Source: Phoronis australis
Taxonomy: Eukaryota; Animalia; Phoronida
Assembly: GCA_002633005.1 (NCBI GenBank)
Contig: NMRA01000231.1
Coordinates: 443,543 to 507,542, forward strand
DNA length: 64,000 nt
Direction of reading: 5' to 3'
This document shows positions 53,545 through 64,000 of this stretch, piece by piece. The translations under genes and the position numbers were made by a program. Every line of letters starts with the position of its first letter. Positions within the stretch are counted from its first letter, which is position 1. Under the pieces are notes generated by a model that saw only the letters and a program-made list of their open reading frames with translations, did no database searches and was not told the DNA's origin.

Positions 53545-56500
53545 AGATGTACATGTAACTATACGGTAGGTTCGGGTGCAGAATCTAATTTTTCTACGGG
53601 AGCTGAAATTGAACTCCCAGCGCCGGTACATTTTTGGGACATCCTGTTCATCCTGTGTCGGACTACCAGTTTAATACAAGGTTTTTTAAACCCCAAACAT
53701 AGTGTGGGTATGACCCGAGAATCGGAACTTAGCCTTAAATATTTCTCAAGGCATGACCCTAATGAACAAATGTTTCTCCAAAGTGAATCATACTAAAACG
53801 AATCAGCAGAGACAGATATGTGACAGGTCCGCCGCCTGCCTCAAGAGAATCATTGGCGGGTTGACCACGGGCTAGCATAAGTTATCCAATTTGTGCTAAT
53901 ACGCCTTCAATTGTCGAGAGCTTGTACATTTGAAGCACGCAGTCCAGGTCCCAGTCCTATTGTCTCATTCTCACTCTCTGTTAGTGCTTGTTTATCATGG
54001 TTACATGTGTATTCAAGTTCTGATGGTTCTTTTAATGGGTTTTCCCTCCGCATATGGCGGACGTTAAAGTCGGCACAAACTCCTGATCTCCGGAAAATTG
54101 GTAGGTGGTGGTGGTGATAGGAGAGCGGGTTAACTACTTGGCGGCATACATGTAGACTTGATTTGTGAAACTGTAACATTTTTACCGTCTCACGAGTATG
54201 TTAGATAGTATCCTGCTTGAACGGAGGCCCATTGATAAGAAACACAAAATACCATGATAAAGAGATTGACATCATTGTGTGTTCCTCAAATAAGCGATCT
54301 TCTTTCACATACGTCTAAATGTGAGAAGGATTTCAAAAAACCGGGAAAGACCAAATCATCGGGCCTTCTCTCGGTGAGTGATGATCGTCCCTTAAGAAGT
54401 TACGGAATCGAAAAAATACGCGTTGCCTCATGAGTGGCATTAAAGACATACTCCAAGGGTTCACAATATAGAGGTAATTTTGCATTCCATGGAACTGTCT
54501 TCGTGAATTTAAAATCTAGTCAACTAATAATTCCTCTGTCTTTTCAAAATACACGAATAAATACTTAGTGCACATTTCAAATGAATTTAGACGGGGCTGT
54601 AAAAATGGAACCTCTAACAACAACGCCCTGGCGAGAGCCCTTAAAGAGTAAATCAAGCATCTATAGTTGAGAAATGTTCTCTTGAATTTTCTCTCCACAA
54701 TATTTCGCTGTCTTCTTTTCTCAACTGACCCTGACATCACGTCTATGCCAGTTGCCATGGTTTAACCGGGGCACCTGCAAATTATTTGGCGTGTGACCCA
54801 TCATGGACATCATTGTTCAAAACGATTCGAGTTGTTCACAGTGTAAATAAATTATGCCAAATTTCGTTTGTAAAAGTAACTAACTCTTCGTTAGGATTGC
54901 ATTAAAAAGTTTAGTTATCTTTACGTTGATCACGATTCGAAGAGTTAATTTTCGTATGTCGGTTAAGCTGTTGGAAGCGCCAGCAAATGGATTAGTGTCC
55001 GAAAGACCCCTACTTCTGCGTAGGATGTAACTCCACAATTCCTTATCGAAATCCTGTTAAGTCCAGGCCCAAACACCAGGTTCATCAAATGATATTTACT
55101 TAAAAAGGCCCGTCCAAATTTGCATCCGAATACTGTCGAAATCGGTTTATTTTTTAGAAATGCTGTAGGATTGCAAACTTTACTACACCAGTTGGTTATA
55201 ATCAAATTACACCTGGATTGCTGGACAATAGTAACAAAGTTAAAATCCTAGAGCCACGGAAGTATAACGTCTCCTTCAAGTGAAAGATGGCACTGTTCGA
55301 AGATTAGTGGAACCGCCATCAATTGCTTTCTCACGAGATCTCGCCTTGTTACCGACCTCACGTGAACTCTCATCCCAAACAGACGGCACTTGAACCGAGA
55401 TCCAGCTTGTTTGTTAAGTGAGGGAATTTTCTCCAATTCACTCAATTCGTAGACAACGTAATGGTGTTGAAAACTTAACTTTCCTACTTAATATTAGACA
55501 TTTGATTCGCCGTGCTAATTTAATAACTAAGGAACAACCGCACCACACTGGGCACTGACCCAAACGTGACAGAAAATTAGGACAATAGTAAAGGTACACG
55601 AACACCAAAAACTTCCAACGATAAGCTAGCTCAATTAATGATTTAAGACTCAGCAACAGGCGTCTTGTAGAAGTGAATGGCTAGATGAGAACGTATGCCA
55701 GAAACAAACGTGAGTTGTCAACGCAAGGAGTTACATCAGCTAGATGTATTAGTTTTTGCACCTGCGCTTACATACATGTATCATAACTGAACAGATGAAC
55801 AAGTTAGATTGATGGAGAGAGCGACAGAACGTGACTCTTAAATTTACCCTAGTTTTCGTAACCACAAACTTGACTTCATATGAGCCATGTCATCCCACTT
55901 ATGGTATTTAATTATTTTTCAAAAAAGATGAATCTAATGAGTACCATAAAATATGCTCGGTTACCAATTGGATCACGAATGTTCAGTCCGAGTGTCAATC
56001 ATGAGACTTTGCATCTAACGGTGCGCTCGTTGCCATCGCAAATACAACATTCGCGACACTGAAGCCCAGATTCCATCATTCAAATCCCAGAGCGACGGTA
56101 CAAACCCCCTACAAATGCCCTTCATTTTCAATGCACCCGCAAGATTTCCCCCAATCCAGTGAGCCGACTCCTTAGACGAAAACCAAATTGATCAAAATGA
56201 GGCAAGAAGGTGGGAATCCCATTATTAAAGAAATTGTAGATCCGAGAAAACTTGAGTGAATTCATATGTCTTCAAGAGGAGTCATCGTATTTACATGTAC
56301 ACGCGAAGTACATTCTAGGACCTCAATAAGCCAGTACTCAGAAAATATATGTAATTTTGGACTCGTAGGATATTTTCATATTTGCACCTACATGTATAAC
56401 GAAAACAAATTCAGGGTAGTAATACACGTTGTTTGGCTTTCCAACGCACGCAAAATTGGGCTCCAAAAGATGTCTGATAAAAAAGAAAACTGAGTATACA

Positions 56501-56844
56501 TGTAAGGGTCTGCATTTTTAATGAAATCTGAAGTAGGACTATTCAAGGAATTATCAACCACGATACATTCACCTAATTCATGGCAAACCACATCATTTCA
56601 TGGCTCGACTGAAAAGTTTCTCGTTTGCGCCTCACTCAGGTGCACGGGGGGGGGGGTGGAAATGTTTGTCGTGAACCTTTGGAGAAGAGAACCATTTGGA
56701 GACGTGAACTGTAGTGCCGAACGTATAGTGAAGGGACGAAGTAGTAACTTCAAATAAACGCGTTGACTTGGAGAATAACTCGTTAAATGGTTTAAGCTAT
56801 AACACGAGCTTCCATCAGGTTAACAGTGAATCAATGTAACTCGC

Positions 56845-56988
56845 CTTCCACGTCCAGGTTCACGTCCTGTCCTCCCATCTTACATGTACGTCGCACAATG
56901 TAAGCCCCAGCAAGTAGCAGCAAGACACCAACTATCGCCCCAACGGCAATCCACATTGTGGCTCCTCCCTTGTCACCAGACACTTTAC
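56845..56988 (-). CDS. Transmembrane exon (144 nt, phase 1-1), probably of the helical-repeat gene
   Basis: Acceptor ccgttgtag|GT and GC-type donor GAAG|gcgagt. Encodes GKVSGDKGGATMWIAVGAIVGVLLLLAGAYIVRRTCKMGGQDVNLDVE (TM plus basic stop-transfer). Its phase is compatible with the 50014 exon; the linkage is inferred. Confidence 0.65.
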
Positions 56989-58451
56989 CTACAACGGAAT
57001 TCGATATAGGTCGAAGACTTTGTTCGTAGAAATGCAACCAATTACTTAATGAGCAATAGTCTAATTGAAATGCGGCGTTAATATGGTTGGAAACGTTAGC
57101 CATGGTCATTTTTATTTCGCAATTTGGGGTTTACCAACCACAATAAAAACATGAAGCGTTTTCTGAAATCGTTTTGATGTTCTTGTTCGTATCGGAATAG
57201 AATTTTGCCACCAATAAATATTGCGGGACAGGTTTTTAAGAGTAGGAGACTATATTTCCCTTTTTAGCCAACCAAACAGGAAGGTTTATCTTTGAAAAAG
57301 TATTTGAGCTAATTAACTCAAGTTTTCAAGAATGGTACACTTCCAGAATCTCACCAGCCTCGTGACAGACGATCATCAAGCAGCTAATGTGTTCCTTCTC
57401 AGCACCATCGTGTACGGAGAACCAAAAGGCCAAAAATTCAAGACACGTATGCTTTATGCAAGGTTTAAAACAGGCCAAACCGAGACCGTAGAATCAAAAT
57501 GAAACAGATACATCAAATCCAGAATTTCCACTTATACCTGAGTCAAAAACAGTCCAAGACATTTTGTTCACTCTGGAAAAAAAGGAAACAACTCAAAACC
57601 AACATTCATAGCACCAGGACGGAAAATCTTATCACGTCAGGACGGAAAACCTTTAATGTCAGAAAATTTTCATGTCCGGGGACCACGCGAACCTCCACAA
57701 TCATTGACCTACACATTTACCAAAGTGATAACGTCCCTACGGGTACACAAGTTATTGTATGAAGCGCCAAAGAGTTCTCAAACGAATACCTTACTGTAAG
57801 TAGAAATGTGCTTAGTTTTGCTTAATCAAGCTTAATTTTAGTTCTACCCTTCTGTACTTATTCAACCCCCTTTTTTCTTAATCAAAGTGTAGTTCTAATT
57901 AACCAACGCGTACTACTTCAGTCAATTCATATAGTCCAATCACGCCCGCGCTCTTAAACCTCAAAATCGCGGAAAATTTTCTACATGGGTGCAAGGCAAC
58001 ATTTGAAGAATGTTGCAAATTCTTATCAAGTGACCGTGTAAATGGTGGCGCCGTTAACTTTGTTAGGATTGGGTATGCTTCAAACTACAATTTATTAATA
58101 TTCAAGAACTTGTCTTCGATTGGACGTAATGAAAAAGTAAAACGACGCCTTGATTAAGCAAAAGTACGCGTTGAATAAGAGCCGAACGATGATCGTAAAA
58201 AAGTGCGCGTTGATAGAGCAAAACTGTATTGTGGGGTTTTAAAGATTGTCACAAACTTATCTCCATTTATTATATGACCATTTTACATGATTCATCTTAT
58301 CTCACTCAGTTCGAAACGTTACTCCATGCGACCAAATATCAAAAAATCGGGCTATTGGTGATCTTATGACTCGTAAATAATCACCGCTTTTTACTGTGTT
58401 TTCTTCTTCGACAACATTGCACGCGCGGCATCCTACAATATAAGCGGCACC

Positions 58452-58915
58452 CAGCCTCGACTCCATGTTTCAAAATGGCGCTGATGTGCTAAGCAATTTG
58501 AGGCTTGGTTATGGGAAATGAAATTCGTCAGAATTCTGAGACATTTTACGAAAATCTCCGGAACATCACGAGTAACATAACTTTGGTATTTTCTACAGTT
58601 TTATATAAATATGAAAATTAACTGTATCTTGCAGCAGTTAAGGTCTGAATTATTGCAAAAATGATGTATTTTGATTCGAAACATGTTAATACTATTCATA
58701 ATGAAAATAAGTGCAACCTTTGTTCCAAAGAATAACTTAAAGAACGCCTTCTGCTTCATCAGTGGCATCAGCGACGCCTGTGAAAATAATTACAATCCGT
58801 CTTTGTTAATGACGTTAAAGGCAGCAGGCAATCATTCCACATAAGGTAATCCCCATAACCAAGCCAAAAGTGGCTAAACCGATCAGCGCCATCCTGAGGT
58901 TTGGGAACGAGGCTG
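58452..58915. mobile_element. MITE with ~70-bp imperfect TIRs
   Basis: cagcctcg...atggcgctgat...ggcttggttatggg is inverted with cccataaccaagcc...atcagcgccat...cgaggctg. Confidence 0.75.
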
Positions 58916-60599
58916 AGCGAAACTCAGTGAAAAGGTCACGTCAGTGTCAATTATATGTGAGCACATAGCAACACCGTTAATGGATACACTTTTTTTCTAA
59001 GTTTGTGAAGCATTTCTCAGGAATCTTAAAATAATAACGTACATGTAATAGACATTAAGGGACAAAAATTCAATGAATAAAATATCGTTTCTAAAAATAC
59101 TTATTACAACAAACTGAAGTCCTAGAACCAGCTGCAATACTGGTGTTGACAAATGATAAAACATTTACATGTATTTCTGATTATGCATTTCAAATAAGTT
59201 TCATGTTGAAGTGGTATGTAGTGACTATCGGTTATTCTTATTGTGGAAAATTTACCGGGAAAATGTACAGTGAAGTCAATTAATTTGTACTTGAAGGTAT
59301 ACTAAGCTGACGTTTTATTTTACACTTGCTGGCTTCACATCGGCATGTCTATTTGACATTTTTAAACTAAAATAACGAAAGAATACATTTATTTCTCAAT
59401 GGCTTCTGAGCACCAGTTTTCATGACTCACCCGCTAGTATACAAAAGTTGAGAACATTGCGACACTGCTACGATTGCTTGTGTTGACTAATCTATCCTTG
59501 GAAATGATCATTTTCCCGGTAGGCTATCAAAACAGAGCATTTCTTTTTGCTTGGATGCTTTGTTCACGAGTGGAACTCTTTAGAGCTTTCTTCATAAAAT
59601 AAGTTTAGAGCACAAAGTTTACGTATCTGTTTTAAGGATGAAATGGATTTGAAAATTTGCTTCTGTGATCCGTTTCTTCCACGCAATGTTGCTTTGCTTC
59701 ACTTTGATATCGACCTCCGAAACTTCGCTGTGGGCATTTAAGTATCAGTCCACGGATCCACCGACCACTGTACAGCCAACAAGCGGCAAGGTGGGAGGTC
59801 AGCCATTCAGATCCATGTTTAGTCTGATCAATCACATTAGGGATGAGAGAAATTGGGTGAAGTATGACACCACAAAGTTTGGTGGTTTAGGAGATACAAG
59901 GGAAGAGTTCTTGGGGGCAAAATGAGGGAATTTCTTGGTGTGGAATGAGTCATTTTTGACCAAATTTTCTACTCCAGTTTCTGCTTCAAACAGAATCGTT
60001 TCTGAACAATGTTGATATCACATGATAGGTTCATGACCAATGTCAGTAAAAACGGCACCGACACTGCAATATCGTTTACCATGGTAACACTGGAACTGTT
60101 TCCGTGGAGATATATTTCCTTCTTGTGAAAAACCAGCAGTAAGTTGTACCCTTATAGCGAAGCTGTCCCCGCGAGAAAACTAAAAATAATAACATGGTCA
60201 TGTAGAAGACTCCATGCCCTTGAAATTAATACAATAAAAAAATTGTCAGCCCTTCAGGCAGGCTAGGTAATAGGTGTCTGAATTTCACTATTTTCAGACC
60301 GCGTAGGTGTATTTGTCATGTTAAACCAGTCACTAGTTGTGCGCCGTTTCTACGCATTAATATATTGTGGTATAATACAACAATTAAAAGAATTGGTTTG
60401 CTAAAATGTTTTTAATTAATTTTAAGACACTAGCATTTCCCACTAAGATACATATATGAAATTATACTAAATTTGTTCATCCAACTCGTCTGAATACCAA
60501 ACTAAAGCTTACAATGCGTTATTAGTTGAATGATGGCTGACCTAAAGTGCGGGTTTGCGAATTTATCTATTTATCTGGCACTGCCAGTCGCATCGAATG

Positions 60600-61790
60600 T
60601 GGTACTTCTACAAATTGCGGAGAGAAGCAACTTTGGAAACTCCTGGGAAATGCACAAGGTATAGAGCGAGACATTTGAGCACCTTATAAGAGTACGTGGA
60701 GCTGATGTGGAGGTGGAACGTGTCCTCCTGAGAAGTAGTCTGTCTCAGTGTCTGCCTCGGAGGCAGGTGTGCAACAGAAGCTACATAATCTACCGTATTA
60801 GATTCACTTGCCCGAATTATCGTTACAACACTCGAGATGTATTGCTGTCGCCAAAGACACTGAGAACATCCAATGCACACTAGTGGAGAAATCTGATAGA
60901 GCCTGATAGAGGTCTGAAAAATGACCAAAGACGTTAAGTCAAGGTTCAACGTCCTGCTTCGTGTGAGCTCAGTTAGGAATCACTTAACTCCATTGTCTGA
61001 CCCTGAGAAATATTTTAAGAAGCACGTCATTCATGCAAAAGACTTGTATTGTCACACCGTGATTGCTTAAATAACTTGGGCCTTATTGCTTAATCATATC
61101 TTATTCAAATGTGTTGATGGTTATGCAACTACATGTATACATTGGCATAGAAAATAGGTAGTCATCATAACTTTTCATAACAACCACCAAATGTGTAACA
61201 TGACTTCTGCCCATGAACTACTTTTAGAGACTAGGCAGTATGTTATGTCTGCCAATGAATTTCTGCAATTATGAAGTTAATTCAACATGCTAAAGCCGCC
61301 AAAAATGTTGGTGCCTTCACTTTAGCTTGGTATTCATATTTTCTGAGCCGAAATGACCACATTAAATTTAATATGTTTAATTTTTTCATTGATACAATTT
61401 TAGGAATCGGGAAAGGCTTATGCTGAAGAAGTGGCTTCTGCTGAAGTTGGAGACTTGCCGATTAAAGGTTGGGTATGGAAAAGTTCACAACCAGCAAGAA
61501 GGTACCCTTCTGGGCAACTAAGTGAGGAGGCTAGAGAGAGGCCGTAAAGTCTACTCCCAGAAGATATGTCAAAGAGAATTTGTAGCTTGAGGAACGAGTC
61601 GGGGGAAAAAGTATTTGCCAAAGATTACTGGCTTAAACCACAACAGGTCCAAAATTTTGTCAAGATAGGCCACTCTCAGCAAATGTGGGGAAACTGGGAC
61701 AGAGGAAGTGGAGTATGCATTGAAAGAGGCAATCTGCGATTGTCAAGGATGTAGCATTGAAAAAATTCAAAGGGAGTAAACAGTACAGTG
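60600..61790 (+). pseudogene. Internally deleted DNA-transposase remnant (tentatively Sola3-like)
   Basis: N-terminal EVERVLLRS...TCPNYR.TLEMYCCRQRH*EHPMH and C-terminal IKGWVWKSS...LRNESGEKVFAKDYWLKPQQVQNF resemble termini of large invertebrate transposases. The superfamily is assigned from memory only. Confidence 0.4.
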
Positions 61791-61799
61791 GCTGGACCT

Positions 61800-63400
61800 G
61801 TAAATACTCTGGCTGATCTGCTAAATCCAGTGGGGTCATTATTGCATCAGCACAGCTGTGTAGGGAAGTAGGCTTTTGTATTGTCACAAGCTTTGCTTGC
61901 ACCAGAACTGCTTGTGTGAACAGCACAAATCTAAAATTTACCTAGTATGAGACGGAATTTTTCTCCAGGCACGGATCATGATCCTGGGCCACATGGTAAT
62001 GGTAGATTGTTCATTTTGCTTAGCCACTAGATTTTTTGGTCTGACAAGATTTCTCAGTGTGGCCATCACATTTAGATGATGTCTGACCACTGTACTGTTC
62101 CTTTTCCTTGAAGATGCATAATTGATCTGAATTTATGTTTCCGCATTTTATTTACCATTATAGATTTTTGTTTGTAAATGAGTATGTATTACTGAAATTT
62201 GCAGTTAGGCTGGTTTTGTTAACTTATCTTTCTACCTGGGTTGTAGACCCATATTCTGTCCAGGAGGTAATAAGTTTTGATTTAGACCATTTACCTCTAT
62301 AAAATTTGCACAGTTTGTTCCTTATCCAGATGGGAAGTGATTTCTGAAATTATAGTGAATTGACAGTTTGCTTTTCCTTGAGACCATGCTGTGTGTATAA
62401 AATCACACACTATTAGTCTGGTCTCTAGCAATTGCATATTGCCAGATCTTTAAAAGTTCTGAAATTGCTCAAAAGTGACCTGGAAGTATTACCAATTTCG
62501 TGATGGTAAAATGTCTCAATCAAAAGTTGTTTTATGTGATTTTAGGCGAGTTTATGTCCACTTCAAATGATTTTTTGTTGCAATACTGAAAAGTATTGGC
62601 CCATTAGCTCTGGTGGCTCCTTGTTTTGGCGAATTGACCATTTTATGGTTCCCATGGGTAATTTTGTTACTGGTCTAGCATGTATGTACAACTGTAATCG
62701 TAGGGCAATTGCAATGCAAACCATGTTGCAAAAGTATTTTTTCATGACCATTTCATTGTAAAATGCTGCCTAATTGGAACCGACAAGCCAATTTTTCATT
62801 TTGTGGTGGTTAGTTTTAATAAGAACATTGATGTGGTAAATACAGCTACCTCAAGTTTGTGAAGAAGAGATTTCCAGTGTTGGGCTTTGTGTGGTTGACT
62901 CTGTCCTGTACCAATTAGAGTCAGTGTTGAAAAGATCTAGAAGATAGTTTTTATTAGAGTCACAATATTTGCACTTTTGACTGTACATTTGTCTTTGCAT
63001 TGTATTACGAAAACATATTTTCTAGTACACAAGTCTCTGGTTGGTATTTTATATTTTTTCACAAGGAATATTTTCAACTTAGATGAGTTGTCTGTGAGGT
63101 AGGCAATTTTCAAATTAGATAATGAATAAAATTGTCAAACATTGTTTTATTTTTTGTATGTGTGATCTTCCAAAAAGTGATTACTTTTAAAGAACCTGTG
63201 CAGAATTTGTTTTTTACTCTTCATTTAAAGGGGAATAAATTCATAAACCTGCATTGTCTAGAAATTGTACTCAAACTACATATTACAGGGTTGGGGATTG
63301 GAATCTTAATACAACAGAGTCTGAACCCGTACCATGAGCAAAACAACACAATACACGGATATAAAAATTTGGTGTTTAGGTTATACAGAAAGGATTCGTG
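61800..63400 (-). pseudogene. Possible decayed protein-primed DNA polymerase B (Polinton-like)
   Basis: Ordered remnants FAHGTGSDSVVL (ExoII-like), YD..LYIHA...KLPMGTIKW (pol region II-like) and AVLVQAKL, with many stops. Confidence 0.35.
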
Positions 63401-63409
63401 TGCGCGGTA

Positions 63410-63620
63410 ATACAGCACACATCACGAATTTTTGGCCGACCGGTCGGAAATTGGTCGACGACCGGCCGTCGACCGGTCGGCAAATTAGCCGACCGGTCGG
63501 CTAAAAATTAGCCGACCGGCAGCCGCCCGCAGTGCCGACTCATAAGGCGACCCCACAGCCGACCCTTCAGCCGACCCTTTAGCCGACCGGCCATCAGACG
63601 ACCAGCTGGTCGGCTGCTAA
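63410..63620 (+). mobile_element. Terminus of the young GCCGACC-rich repeat, copy 2
   Basis: The first 70 bp are identical to 12296-12365, followed by tandem agccgacc motifs. It probably continues beyond the window. Confidence 0.7.
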
Positions 63621-64000
63621 TATTATTTTAGAGTAGCAGTTGCGTAATAGGTTGTCAGGTTCATACCACTTTGCGTGTCGATGCATATTCGTCTTAGCAC
63701 AGGGTCAAATAAATTAACCTAGTTTTGCTGTCTCGGTTACATGAGTTCACGTCGGTTGTGTAACACCACAACTTCGAAGGTTGAAGGCAAGCGACATTAG
63801 TAAACATTGGATTATGGACAATGCAACAAGTTTTGGATGAAAAACGTGAAAGTTTTCTTTACATTTGATCTTTAATTTGACTCCTGACGTTAACAAATTG
63901 TATTAGACCGGTTGCTTCCCGGTCAATACAACGCTGTATAGTCATTTTGTAAACGCGGCTGTTTTTCGCAGTCTTCGCCCACAATTGATTTTGTTTGTGT

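Noticed and set aside
53890-54760. Coding-looking minus-strand ORFs inside the intron (candidate extra exons)
   Set aside because: No similarity to the repeat family, interrupted by stops, and no convincing phase-1 splice pair; likely a TE remnant.
59400-60160. Signal-peptide-like ORF 59665-59925 (+) and a possible Cys-rich piggyBac-like C-terminus on the minus strand
   Set aside because: No splice support or recognisable domain for the ORF, and the minus-strand similarity is too degenerate to call.
63420-63620. GCCGACC repeats as a CRISPR-like array
   Set aside because: Short irregular motifs without constant-length repeats and spacers, in eukaryotic context; better explained as transposon subterminal repeats.

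Overview
This is AT-rich, repeat-dense eukaryotic DNA, most likely from a marine invertebrate; it is not prokaryotic, and most short ORFs in the track are spurious. One host gene is supported: the 3' part of a minus-strand spliced gene with five phase-1 coding exons (56988-56845, 50014-49316, 43881-43525, 42335-41967, 29675-28441; about 930 aa). It encodes a single TM helix followed by about seven ~100-aa helical repeats with Lys-rich linkers, and I do not recognise the family. The rest is mostly decayed mobile DNA: a CR1/L2-group LINE split by a TTAA-flanked Kolobok-type insertion, a Kolobok-like THAP + KolX pair, a Tc1/mariner (DD37D-like) element, an L1/Tx1-like LINE with a ubiquitin-specific protease domain between ORF1 and ORF2, Polinton-, ISL2EU-, Harbinger- and Sola3-like fragments, nested TG..CA elements, MITEs and tRNA-derived SINE heads. 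The octamer TACATGTA occurs about 30 times. Comparison of repeat copies shows it arises by TA->TACATGTA expansion, as expected for a transposon excision footprint, and one copy sits in frame in the host TM exon. All calls were made by eye without database searches.
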